Part shown: one piece after another, positions 23,616 through 36,078 of the stretch
How positions within the stretch are numbered: the first letter of the stretch is position 1
Layout of the letters: each line of letters opens with the position of its first letter
Assembly (NCBI RefSeq): GCF_018977255.1
Contig: NW_024704742.1
Span: 77,750,001-77,814,000, forward strand
From: Callorhinchus milii
Lineage: Eukaryota
DNA length: 64,000 nt
Direction of reading: 5' to 3'
Program-made: the position numbers and the translations under genes
Notes under the pieces: model-generated
Told to the model about the DNA's origin: nothing
The model's database searches: none
Seen by the model: the letters and a program-made list of their open reading frames with translations, nothing else

Positions 23616-24465
23616 TATGGACTAAAATGTAATGGACTTGCCCTCCTTAAAAGGTGCAACCAACATAGTGATTACAAATAAGAATCTGTGTTCTGATGAA
23701 TAATTGAACACTTCATTGAACACCTTGGCACACCATCAATAGTGGATGTGGAAGCAATACATATTATTGAACATCCCACTTGGCATATGCATAAAGCCAA
23801 AATGAAGTTGATGTGGCCGTCTAATGCCAGGAGAACTGCAAGATTCCTGGGACAGATGAGGAACATGGAACAGATGGTATTGTTACATATGTTTTTGTAC
23901 ATGACAGACCCTCTGCTCCCACCTACAGAGGCTCATCTGGGAGAAAAAAATCATTCCACAAGCCCTTTCATGTGCAACACATGCAGTGCATCTGTCTTGC
24001 AGACAGCTGGACAGGCAGAAGTTGAATTTCAGAGAGGCATTGTGTAATGGTACTTGCCACTTTGAATCTATGTGACTACCTGCTCTAGAAAAGAATTTAT
24101 TTTAGAAGATCACAAAATTACTTCCTACGTATAGTACAGTTCCTAATTATTACACCCATAAGATACACATGGTCACACCATACCATTGTACGGTATATCC
24201 TGTGAATAGCTTTTGACACGCCTCCAAGTCATGATAAGATGCTATATGGAATGTAAGGTTTGTTAATATCCAACTTGTAAAATTTAATTTTTCGCAATAT
24301 TATTGGTTCCCTTCCATTTTAATATGTAGCTACAGCTTCTGGTTAGTGATCTGTTTTGGAGAAACAATTTTGACCTTTTTTATTTTATTTTTATGAAGAT
24401 TATGGTTCCTTATTCATTAACTTCCATGCACAAATGAGTTAGACATCATTCTAATAGGAAAAACA

Positions 24466-24720
24466 CAGCTGCTTAAACTCCAGCATTACCCAATGCACTC
24501 ACTGGGGTCCCCAAGCCTTGGCTATTGCAACCTCCGCCATAATACTTTCCAAAATGAGGTAAGCGTGATGTGTCCCTACAGGGAGAGTGCGCAGTCCATT
24601 CCAATAAATATAATTTCCATGTGTAAAGGGGGGGGGAATGGAATCTCAGTTTGACTTGGACACAGTTAAACATGGTGATTGGTTTCCGCATGTGTCAGTT
24701 ACCCAGCTGACCAAAAAAAG
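24466..24720 (+). mobile_element. Repeat family X copy
   Basis: aaactccagca..ggggtccccaagccttggct..cccagctgaccaaaaaaa. Confidence 0.85.
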
Positions 24721-25109
24721 CCTTCCTGTTTCTTTTTGTCCTGACCTGTGGTTTAGAGCAACAAAACTGTTCCATTTTATTGTATTGTGTGTTGTTTTGG
24801 AGTAATGTCCAGAATAAACTTATATTTACTGCAGAGTGGGGTAAATAAACACTTTGAGATATCTCAACAACGTGATAAGGGGTGATATCAAATGTAAGGA
24901 TGATTAAAGTCACCTGACTTACTCAAGACGTGAAATTCTTAAGAGGGCAGTTTTCGAGGAGTTTTTTTTGTGAAGGTTGAGTTTCTTTCAAAGTATGAGG
25001 AAGACAATTATTAGTTGAAAGTTTGTACAATGCATTCTTTAAACCTTTTTATGGATCTTGTTTGTTATTGAATGCAAATTATAACTTATAAAAAATATTG
25101 TTTTTCAAG

Positions 25110-25289
25110 GTGCATGTAGATCTAGATGGGCTTACTGTACCTTCTGAGACTGATACAGATGAGATTGATACAAGACAGAGTGGTATAGATGCACCTGGGT
25201 CTCACTTAGCAATGTGGGAAGCAGAAATCCAAGACATAGAATTGGAGAAGGGCAATTCAGGTCTTGGGTTCAGTATTCTTGACTACCAG
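25110..25289 (+). CDS. MPDZ: MPDZ exon, PDZ5 start: VHVDLDG...LAMWEAEIQDIELEKGNSGLGFSILDYQ
   Basis: ttcaag| acceptor, CAG|gtatgt donor; 180 nt, phase 0-0. Confidence 0.95.
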
Positions 25290-25504
25290 GTATGTAAATA
25301 TAATTTGATTATTCGTGTCCAACATGTTTTGCTCATCAGAGGTTATGAGAGTTGTATTATTTTTTTAAAAAACAATTAAAATGAGATCTAAATTGCTGCA
25401 CTGTAGTTCAAACTAAAAGGAAATATAACAACAACAACTTGCACTTATATAGCAGCCTCGATGCAGGATAACGTCTTAGAGCGTTTATGAAATGGTCTCA
25501 TCTG

Positions 25505-25857
25505 AAATGTCTGAATCACTTCATGCCCTAGCAACTCCCTACCTCTCTGGCCTGCTTGCACCTCACTTCAATGCCTGCACCCTTCATTCAGGTGGCTCCG
25601 GCCTTCTGCAAGTCCCTCATCTCTCCCCTTCATCATTGGCAACCATGCTTTCATCCACTATGCCCCGAAACTCTGGAAGTCTGCCTAATCTCCACCTTGC
25701 CCCCTCTTTGCCCATCTTCTGACATCTGAAGACTTTCCTCTTTGACTGTGGCTATGGTCATGTCCCCTTTCTCCCTGGCTTGGTATCAAACTCCACCATT
25801 GTTAAAGCGCTATGAGATGCTACCCTGAGGCGCTGTATAAATGCAATTTGTGATTGT
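25505..25857 (+). mobile_element. Old L2 3' fragment
   Basis: gactttcctctttgactgtgg..gcgctgtataaatgcaa tail. Confidence 0.75.
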
Positions 25858-25894
25858 CCATCTTTTCAGAAGAGATTTTACAACTGATATGAAC

Positions 25895-25944
25895 TATTAA
25901 TGGTAATATAATTTTATATTAATAGTAATATAATTTTATATTAA
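25895..25944. repeat. 22-bp tandem duplication (about 2.3 copies)
   Basis: tattaatggtaatataatttta / tattaatagtaatataatttta / tattaa. Confidence 0.85.
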
Positions 25945-25951
25945 ACCACAG

Positions 25952-26161
25952 GATCCAGTTGACCCAATACAGACCGTTATTGTGATTCGTTCATTGGTAC
26001 CCGATGGGGTAGCGGAACGAGATGGCCGATTACTTCCTGGAGATCGACTCATGTTTGTAAACAACACCAACTTAGAGAATGCTGCTCTTGAGGAAGCTGT
26101 TCAGGCACTGAAAGGTGCAACAGCAGGCAAAGTTAGAATTGGAGTAGCCAAGCCTTTACCA
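25952..26161 (+). CDS. MPDZ: MPDZ exon, PDZ5: [37 protein letters not shown]...GVAKPLP
   Basis: cacag| acceptor, CCA|gtaagt donor; 210 nt, phase 0-0. Confidence 0.96.
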
Positions 26162-26569
26162 GTAAGTTGATTTCATTTTTACATCCAAGCTGATGTAGTA
26201 TGAATTATGGCTTTACACTTGTTTAGCCTGTTCTGTTAATTATTTTGATTCCTGTGCAAAAGTGATGGCTCAAGAAATGTTCGTGCATTTGTTAGTTTGC
26301 TATTGTTTAATCAATTGTACATCTATTTATCACAGCATGGGCTGCAAGATAGGAATATTTATGTATCATTTTGGTAGAGGCCAACACACATTTTTCAGAT
26401 TTTTCTCTCTTCACAAAAATTGTGTTAAAATGTATAGATTACATAACTGTATCCTATTCTGTAAGGATTTAGACTCATTACAAAAAATCTTTCCTGGAAC
26501 TTTCCAGAGAAACCCAAAAAGAACTCAAGCAAAAACCCTTCTGATCGATCAAACTCTTTGGCTGAATCC

Positions 26570-26715
26570 TCCTTGGTCAGCCTCCTACCCCTTCCCTCCC
26601 TGACCTTCACCCCTCCCGATTCCATCCCCCAGCTCGGATGCGCATTCTTGACTGTCCAGTGCTTTGGGACGTTCTCCTGATGTGAAAAGTGCAATACAAA
26701 TGTATTTTGTTGTTG
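26570..26715 (+). mobile_element. L2 3' tail
   Basis: cccagctcgg..tgtccagtgctttgggacg..gtgaaaagtgc. Confidence 0.8.
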
Positions 26716-27559
26716 AATCTCTAATGTGAACAATTGTACCCGGCTCCCAGTATTTTAACTATTGTAATCCTTAAAGATCTACAATAACTGCCTCCCTCAG
26801 CTTTAAAAATAGTACACATTTTTAAAATTAACCAAAGTATCAAGTGAATGCCATGGAGAAGGTGGAGCATGGGAGATCTGGAGAACAGAGAGAGTGAGAG
26901 ATAGTTAGAAAACTGAGGGGAATGATTATGTGTAAATGTGAGAGGGAGTTGAAGGAGAGGGGGAGGAAGTAGTGGGTGAGAAATAGCAATAAAGAGGAAG
27001 ACAGAAAACTAGAGGGGCAAAAAGATACATGTAGACAAACAGGATAGATTCTCATTTACAAACCAAGCACACTTATGCTCACTGCCAACAGTTTGCTAAT
27101 ACAAACCTTCTTTCGCAGATGAGACCTACTCTCGATTGCCCAACCTGAGACAGATCACTTTACTAGTTAAATAGGATGCTTACTCTAGTATAGTGTCGCA
27201 GGAAACAAGTTTCATATTTTTAAAGGTGTTCTAAATTAATCTGAAAACATGTTGCACAGTATTGAAGGCTGTTACACAATATTGTCAGCTGCAGGATCAC
27301 CCCTTTATCTAGTGCAGGTAATTTGAACATCTCAACCAGCTAGGTGTAAATATAGTACAAGGCTCAACTTGTGTAATCTCAAGAATTCTGATACTGAAAT
27401 ACAAATCCTGTGCTGCTTACGTAGCCATGAATCCTAGTTTGACCCAGCAGAATGTCAGTGCAGTCGACAGGTAATTTTTATGTAATGAGATTGACAGGTT
27501 ATTTTGGACATTATTAGCTAATACAATTATAGCAGCAAAATTCACCTTTTGACTTGGCT

Positions 27560-27823
27560 TTAGCAGCTGTCTTTCAGCCTCTCTGCACCCACTCTTTGGA
27601 ACTCCATCCAATAATCCCTTCGCCTTGCTCCATCCCTTGCCTCTTTCAAGGCACGACTCAAGACCCTCCTTTTCGACCGTGCCTTCAGCTGCCCTCCTAC
27701 CTGTCTGCCCTCCCTCATCCCAACCCTGTCCTCCCACGCTCGGGGCCTGATCTCCAACTGTTCAGCACCTTGGGATATCCTCCCGACGTGAAAGGCGCTT
27801 TACAAATGTAATTCTGTTGTTGT
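27560..27823 (+). mobile_element. L2 3' end
   Basis: ctcaagaccctccttttcgaccgtgcc..cccgacgtgaaaggcgctttacaaatg. Confidence 0.85.
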
Positions 27824-28719
27824 TTAAAAATCTGCCTTGAGGTGATCAGTTAATTGTTTTTGTGAAAGTGCATAAAGAGCAAATTTTATCTTGTTTTTCT
27901 GATTGTTATTGTTATTGCACGAACATGTGTTTAATTGAGTTCAGACTTCCCGTATATTGGCAGAAAAAATAATTAATTGTTAGAGCTAAGACAGATATAA
28001 CCTGTGAGTTATCATTTTTGAAATACTTGTACTTGGGGTTGAAGATCCACAGAACCAGTCATGTCTGCCACAAGGTGTGGTGTATGTGTGTGAATCTTTA
28101 TCTAAAGTTGGTTTATTAGTGCTGGTGCAACGTCTTTACAGCTCTCATTTATAGTTAATTGAATGTACATGCTGTTTTAATAACCTGTCTTATGAGTTTA
28201 GTTTTTAATATACAATATGGTTTCAGGGTTCAAGTAAAATTTGCATGTGTCTAAATTCATTTCCTTTTTTATGTGCTTTGCTGTAGTTTCATTACTATTT
28301 GTGGAGATTTAAATCAAGAGACTAGAACTCCAACATGAAATATGCTGTATGAGCTTCAGTTAGAAACGAATATGTTAATTGCTGCGTGTAAAGTTGGGCT
28401 GAAGCTGGATAGTTCACTTTATTTAGGATGGTGTTTTTAGTCCTTTCAAAGACCATTCGTATGCTAGTGCTTTTACAGAACACCTGAGGTGTTTTATCAG
28501 ACAAACCAAAAATGTTTCTTCTGATTGTGACTTGCTTATGTTCTCAAGAAGATTGGAAGTGATGAAATCGCCACAGAAACATGCAAATTACGTTAAGGAT
28601 GAAATCTGGACTTTCATACTAACCCAGACGCTTTTAGCTATAACAATAGAGCTTTACAGGTTTATTTCATTTGCATGCCTGCTAATTGTGGTATACTGAA
28701 AACTCCACTCTCTCAGCAG

Positions 28720-28842
28720 TTTTCTCCAGAGGAGGGGGATGTGCCTATTAAAGAGGACTCTCTGCTCTACCTGGGTCAGCCTTATGGCATTGATGAGGAG
28801 GAAGCAGCCGATGCTGCTCTCTTTCATGCAGAACTGGCACTG
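28720..28842 (+). CDS. MPDZ: MPDZ linker exon: FSPEEGDVPIKEDSLLY...LFHAELAL
   Basis: ctcagcag tandem acceptor (28717 or 28720), CTG|gttagt donor; resembles LSPEEGYVSAKEDSFLY...LFRADLAL. Confidence 0.92.
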
Positions 28843-29799
28843 GTTAGTTATCTTTAAGTTCTGAGCTGCACATGAAATCTGCATGTGTAGTTGTCTACTA
28901 ACCAGCATCATTAAATGGGAGAACACTAAGCCACGCAAGTCCCAATTGGGCATCAACTAATTATTGTGTCCTGGATTGGCATTAACAAAAAGATTGTGAG
29001 TCAAAATCAGCTGTTGGAAGCGGATGAGAGCAATAGGTAATGACAGTAAACATTAGTTGTCAAGCTATCAAATAATCAAGTGTGTGCTTGCAAACATTAA
29101 AGGCTAAGACAAAACAGTTCTACCCTCCTGGTGTTCATTGCCACTGAATAAGAAAAACAGTGCCCTCCTATCTTCATGAATACCAGTTTAGGCAAGAAAA
29201 TAGAAACAGATTCTATTCTAAGATATTTAACCTTTGATTTTCATTTCTAAACTGAAGATGGCTAAATTAAAATGGTTGGCCAGGTTAATCTGTAAGATTT
29301 GCAGAGAAATTGACTGAATTTTATACAGTTGGAGCTTCTTATAATGCGGTGGTTTGGGTCGATAAAATCAGACTTGCATTATAATGTAGTGCCGGCACCA
29401 CTGACATCACGTCCTGAGTGCTCCCTGCCAATCCACACACATCTGCAGTATAAAAAGACCCATTTTGTTACTATGTCTGGTTGTATATTTTCTTATAGGA
29501 ATCCCTCAGATAACCATTTTTAAATAAAGCAGTACAGAATCATTTGATATATTCTTTGCTGCAGATAGACCCCTTTTTCATATGCTTCATCATGTTATTT
29601 AACCTTCCATTCCATCAGACTAAATGTTTTAGTGGCCTAGATTTTTTCTTATCCCAAACTGCTGCAAGGAGAGGAACAGAGAAATACAGTGCATTCTTAT
29701 TTATTTTTATTGAGAGGACATAGAAAAACATCAAGAAAATGCAAAATAAAAACATAAGTGGTGTTATTGTAATACTGGTATTTGGTTTAAATTATTTAT

Positions 29800-30035
29800 T
29801 CCTTCCTGGAGTCCCTCTAACTTGTTCCGTCCTTCACCTCATTCAAGGTCCATCTCAAGACCTACCTCTTTGACCGTGCTTTTGGTTACCTTTCCCCTTC
29901 CCAACCCCCCTTGGCTCCCACCCCCAGCGGCTCCGACTCCCAGCTTGGGTGTCCAGCCTGTTACTAGGCAATTGGGACGCTAAGCCATTTGGGACGTTCT
30001 CCTAGCATGAAAGGTGCTACATCAATGTAAATTTG
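29800..30035 (+). mobile_element. L2 3' end
   Basis: ctcaagacctacctctttgaccgtgct..tgaaaggtgctac. Confidence 0.8.
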
Positions 30036-30973
30036 TAATGTATTTGGTGATATGACAGAATACATTATCAGTGTGTCCAACATAAGGAATGGATACTACA
30101 TTCCAACCATGTCAACACAATTTTTGGATTCCTGCTTGAAATTGTTAAGTAGTTGAAAACTGCTATACAAGAAACTTGCACTATCATGCCTTTTGTTCAC
30201 CCATTGCCTGCCATGAACCCAGATGCTAAATTCCTTGTGCATGTTCCAGTGCGAGCACGTGTAAGTTAACTTGGACCATGTCCAAACCAACCACCAAATG
30301 TTCCAAGTGCTGTCTGCTTTTATTATTCTGTGGCTCAGTTAGTGCCATTGTTAGTGTGATGATGCAACAAATTAAATGAATCACCTGGTTGGTTAGATAG
30401 TATTACTGTAAATAGCATTTGGGAACAAATCCACACACTTCATAAACAAAAGCATTCAGTAACAAATCTATTATTCTCTCCTGATTATGATTTATAAGCT
30501 GTTTGATGTACATTTGTTTAGGAGATAGCTAGCTGTATATACTATTTGTGTTACTCAACCTAAATTCCTGAGATATGCAGATGGAAAGGTCAACTTGCAA
30601 TATTAAAAAATTAGCACTTTTGAAAAACGTGGAGGAAAGTGTCAATTTAATAAAATGTGTGGAATTTGCGTGGCCAGTGGAGAAACCAGGACCATCTTTT
30701 ACGAGTGCTTATGTCACTTAACCACTAGGTTTGTTTGCACTAATGTAACATTAACATGTATTGTGGTGATTCTTTTGCAGCACATGACTAATCCAACGTG
30801 GTTTTAGCTTCTAATTCTTCTCAGGAGAGGTGCCAAAGGTATTGATGATGGGAACCATATCTGATTTGATAACGGCTTATTTGGACAGTATGAAAACTTT
30901 GGATACATGTAATATTTTTTCCTTTTGTTTTATGTGGAAAATAAAATTAATATTTTTGAATACTAATTTCTAG

Positions 30974-31135
30974 GTAGAAACAACTGAGCCAGACTTTGGT
31001 GAAGAACAGATATTTAATGGGAAATTATCCCAAGAAGCTGAGGACATTCTTCATGCCTCCACTATTGCCATGCATGGCAGTACTTGTAGTGAAGACTTAA
31101 GTATTAACCTCTCAATTCCATCATTGATTTGCAAG
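30974..31135 (+). CDS. MPDZ: MPDZ linker exon: VETTEPDFGEEQIF...ASTIAMHGSTCSEDL...LICK
   Basis: ttctag| acceptor, AAG|gtaata donor; 162 nt, phase 0-0; resembles QASILSLHGSSCGDGL. Confidence 0.9.
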
Positions 31136-31854
31136 GTAATACATATATTTCAAGTGAAAATGTTACTTTATAATTCTTATAATACTACAGAACAACAGAT
31201 TTGCTGAGAATAATGGCTATTTCCTAGTATTTATGTCGTACCAAAATTATTAATGGATGTATTAAATTCTTCTTTATTCATTTAACCTCCATATATAAAT
31301 CAATGGACAGTATAAACACCTGAGTTCATTCAAACATGTGGTTTATCCCAAGATAGTGAATCTTATGTTTGCTTTTAAATGCTATTTGCAATTTCACAAA
31401 ATGTACATCCACTTATTAATGGAATATTGTAACGCTGCATGGTATCAATATATTAATTGCTGGAGTATTGTCCTTCGGATGAGACTTGCTGTGCACAAAT
31501 TGATTGCTGTGTTTGCTTCCAAATACACAGTAACAACAGTTTACAGTAATTCCTGTGAAACACTTTGAGGCATCTTGACAGCGTGATAAGACGCTATATA
31601 AGGCATGATAAGGCGTCCATAAAACATAGTCACTCCTCTTTACATTGTATCCTATGAAGCGCTTTGGGGCATCCTCCCAACGTGCAAGGTGCTTGGTGCA
31701 AGGAGGAGGTGACCAAGGGGGTTATTTTTAAATTGGTGAAAAGATTTGTTTCAATTCTGAATGTAACCCAGGAAATCTGTGGTATAGATCCTGAACCTAA
31801 GCTGTAAGATTGGCATTTTTTTGAAATCAGAAAATTCTCAAAAATAAATCCTGT

Positions 31855-32282
31855 CAGCCTGACTCTGGTAGCACTCTCATCTCTGAGTCAAAAGATTTTG
31901 GTTTCATGTTCCACCTTGGGACTTGGAATCGCATTGTCTAAGCTGACACTCCAGTGCAGTGCTGGGTGGGTGTTGCATTGTAGAATGTGCCATCCTTTGG
32001 ATGAAACATTAATGTCGACCTGAACAGGCAGACAGGACCTCGGTTTAAAGATCCCACAGCACTTCAAAAAGAGAAGGGAGTTTATCCCAGTGTCCTGGCC
32101 AACAAATTCCCAAATAAAATTGGTCACTTGTTTCATGCCTGTTTGTGGGACATTGCTGTGCAGAAACTGTCTGCCATGTTTTGCTTAAAAATACACAGTC
32201 AATCCAGTTTACAGTATATCCTGTTAAGTGCTTTTAGATGTCTCGGCAATGTGATAAGGCTCTATAACAAATGCAAGCATTA
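31855..32282 (+). mobile_element. Deu-type tRNA SINE (further SINE debris at about 31470-31700)
   Basis: ggtagcactctcatctctgagtca head, gctgacactccagtgcagt, gatcccacagcac, gtcctggccaac. Confidence 0.85.
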
Positions 32283-32826
32283 GAGAAAGATTTTTTTCTC
32301 ATATCTGCACATTTAAGAAATGTGAAAGGGTAGGTGATATTACATCAGAGACACTGCTCCATTCTGGCACAATATTCTAAACAGAAGCTTTAACATCTGG
32401 TTACACCAAAAGCCACAATCTAGTGCCATGTACGGATGGCTGTAAAATGGTCGGGCAAATTCTGTTACAATTCACACCATCATGTAATTAAAAAAAGACT
32501 TAAATGTTAGTGCTCGCACATAGTAAAGTATAAGTGAAGTGAGGATTTCATTTGAAATATTGAAACTTTAAAAAAATTCCTTAATTTGCGTTCATTTTCA
32601 TAAATCCTGAATTAAATGGGGCATGGTTAAATAGAAATAATTGTTTTTTTTAACCAATTTTTGTTGTGTTATTTAGCACAAGGAATGGGTCAAGAAATAA
32701 CTGCAATTTTCTTAATTAATTAGTGCCACTGTTCCTTAATCATCACTTATGTAATCAGCATCCTGTTCCAGCTTCTGATCCTGATCCTGCCAGGCATCTA
32801 ACACTCGTAAAAGCACATCACCATAC

Positions 32827-33177
32827 CATATGTATGGTTTCCATTTGTCTGGCATGGCATGCGGACTCTTGACCCCTGAAGGATATGCTGCTTATCTCAT
32901 CTCTGAGAATTTAGGTGCAAGAGCCAAGGCTTGGAGAATCCAGAGTGTGATCTTTGGTACTCCTTGAGGGTAACCAGCTGAAACTGTGCTGCCTATCCAA
33001 CTAGGACCAACCTTCGTGTTGGAGTATTGAGTTAAACAGGAGTTGAGTGAGAAGAATCTCAGTGACTGGTCTGCTCCTCCAAGTCCTACTGACAAACTAG
33101 GCTGGGATTAGGTAAGCAGGGCGACCCACAGGGGACAGAGTCCTCATACCAGACCAGACAAATGAAAAATGTATATG
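32827..33177. repeat. Fold-back element with ~75 bp imperfect inverted arms built from family X sequence
   Basis: 32827-32903 pairs with 33104-33177; interior is a minus-strand X segment. Confidence 0.65.
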
Positions 33178-34298
33178 TAGAATACTGAGTAGTTTGCTTG
33201 AAAAGTGTACGGTTATACAGACTGCAGCCAACACAACCAATCTTCTGTCCATCTCTCATTACCTTTGTGGATGAAATGCTGTCTAAGTTTTTAAAGGAAC
33301 AGTGTCCCAGTGGATGTCTTACTCTTTCATTTGTTATTCTTCTGTGTGTGCAGATTAAAAAAGAATTAAAAAAATACAGAAATGTAAAGTATATAGTGTA
33401 ACTTCCTTGTTATTTGCTTATGTAAATTGTGGCTATTGTGAAAAGGCATTAAATGTCGACCAGCGTAATTGTAATTATAGTGTTGCTAATTTCCTCACAG
33501 TTTGCAGAATTTGTAGAAATTGATGTTCCATGCATCATGGAGACCTGAAGCAGTGGAATTACATTTGCAACCACTTTCCACCAGCTGTTATGTTTTTCTT
33601 GAAATGATCTTGGTCTAAGTTCCACTTCAAGGCAAATTCAAAAAATGCTAAGTACCATAAAACTGAACCATATTTGTAGGACTGAGGAGTCAAATACTTT
33701 AGGTCAGTGCAAACATTCAGAACCTATGGAGCATTTTAAGCTCTGTTTAATTAACTGGATGAAGGCTTGTTTTAATTTCTCTAAGACCTGAAGATCTGAG
33801 TACATTATAATTTTCAAAAGCAATCAACAATCAATTTGGAAAGCAAGCTTAGGAACCATGAATGAATGCTAAGGTTTTGGATAAAAAAATTCAATGTAAG
33901 GAATGTTCTCTAGGTTATTGTAATGGATGGCTAAGGTTTGAGTAATATTCATTATTATTGATAAATAATAATCGGATTTTAGTTTTTTTAAAACGTTTTT
34001 TTTAAAAAATGTATTGCCTTAGCTCAGTTGGTAGCACTCTCGCCTCTGCTTCAGAAGGTTGTGGGTTCAAGCCCCCACTTTGGGACTTGGAACTCATACA
34101 GTTTAAGCTGACACTCCAATTCAGTGCAGGGGATATGCTGCATGGTTGAAGGTGCCTTTCTTCTGATGAGATGTTAAACTAAGACCCCGACTGCTTTTTC
34201 AAATCATCTCATGGCAATATTCTAAAAGAGAAGGGAGTTTCTCTCTCCTCGTGTCCTGGCCAACAATACTCCAAATACAATTGGTCATTCACTTCATA

Positions 34299-34625
34299 AT
34301 AATAATCCTATAATAATAATCCTTGCATTTGATATAGCGCTTTTCACGTCGGGAGGACGTCCCAAAGCGCTTCACAGAACGCTGTAAAGTGAATTGACTG
34401 TATATTTGTGGGCGAACGCGGCAGCCAATTGCGCACAGCAATGTCCCACAAACAGTCGTAGATTGAAAATGACCAATTTATTATTGTTTTTGGTTTTTGG
34501 AGGGATTATTATTAGGCTCTGTGTGGAGTAAGGAAACTTGCCCAAGGTTTCGCCCTCTGCCTGGAATTGAACTCAGGTCTCTCACTTGCAAAGCGAGTGC
34601 TCTAACCACTGAGCTACAGGACTCC
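34299..34625 (-). mobile_element. Young complete tRNA(Ala-like)-derived SINE
   Basis: Near-identical rc of 15796-16115; acttcat repeated on both flanks. Confidence 0.93.
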
Positions 34626-34659
34626 TACAGGACTTCATGGCTATTTGTGGGACATTCCT

Positions 34660-35219
34660 TTCCTGGGTCTCCTTCGAGCTGAACTGGCTTCAAGGTGACA
34701 TGCCTGTCAATGGAATGTCAGAATCAAACTGGCAGTCTTGGTCGCCTGGCGGTCTGCAGTATTCCAGGGCACTGCTGATAACAGCACAGCCGGCCTGGCT
34801 CATCGGCAGGACCAGGAAGGCAGACTAATCACTGGGGGCAGGGAGTCATCCCACTCAGCTCCTGCTAACCCTGCAAGCCAAAGCACTAGCGGGTAGGGTG
34901 GTCCTAGCTGGGCAAGCAATGAGACAGCTTGCCAGACAGCAATATCATTGGCAAGCTATGTGGTTTTAGCTGGTTAAACTCCAGCAATATCCCAATGCAC
35001 ACTCTGGGGTCCCCAAGCCTTGGCTCTTGCCAGCCTCTGCCTATCAGTTTCCGGAATTAGGTAAGCGGGATGCATCCCTCCAGGGAGAGAGTGCACAATA
35101 ATCTATCTCTGGGATTTCCATGTGTAGGTGGGATGCATGGAAACCTTAGCTTGGTTTGGATACTATTAAGCATGGTAATGGGTTCCTGCATGTGTCAGAC
35201 AGTAGGCTGACAAAAAAAA
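34660..35219 (+). mobile_element. Repeat family X copy
   Basis: gagctgaactggc..aaggtgacatgcctg shared with about 12690-12725; ends ggctgacaaaaaaaa. Confidence 0.88.
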
Positions 35220-36078
35220 CTGCACAACTTAGCTATCGCGGTTGCCCACAAAACACACAGCCACTTCAATTTACAATATATCATGTAAAGCACTTCCTTT
35301 GGATGTCCTCCCAACAAGAAAGCGGCTACACCAAAATGTAAGGATTATTATTATTAAAAATGTTTGCAGATGTGCTTTTTGCATTGAGAGGATTTTGAAA
35401 GCTAATAATGTATTCCTTTAATTTACAAAGAATGTACAGCATGGAAACCAGTCATTCGACTCAATACGGTGTTTATACTCCACACAAGTTGAGTTAAAAG
35501 TCTTAGTACATAGTGCTAAGACTTTTAAATGATCAGCAGTGAAAATTAATATATTTTTGAAAATATTATGCCAATGTTTCATGTTGAAACTGAGAAGTAT
35601 CAAGTACACTGTTTACAAAAATGAGCATTTAATAAACAAAGATAGCAAGATAAGAATTTTCGTAACTTTTTTTTGTCAGCCAGCTGTCTTGACACATGCA
35701 GAACACATGAGAACATTAATTAAATTGTAGCAGTACATTTTGAAGCAGTACTTGGAAGAATGAGAATGAATGAATGTCAGAAGAATAAATTAATGAATGA
35801 GACCCATTACCTAAATGGGGTGTTTTGGGGCTGGGCATGTTTGCTTCTAATCTGAGAAAGGTGTCAGTACCCTTGTCAGTAAGAGAAATTGTAAAAGTTT
35901 GTTTAAAGGGTTATTTCTTAATTCATAGCACTTGATAGTAGATATCTGTGAAGCGCTTTGAGACGTTTTGACATGATAAGGCAATGACAATAGATTGTTC
36001 TTTAACTAGTTTGGAATGATGCTGCTTTATGAACACTTCACTTTCAAGGTTTATTGAAGATTGTGTTTTACTTCTAAG

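Larger units (their letters stand above)
34017..35355 (+). mobile_element. Deu-type SINE split by two nested insertions
   Basis: Head 34017-34298, piece about 34632-34657, tail 35220-35355. Confidence 0.85.

Noticed and set aside
34163..34185. Other CTGATGA hits as hammerheads (also about 16980, 37827, 38118, 44313)
   Set aside because: No stem II followed by GAAA in the required arrangement.
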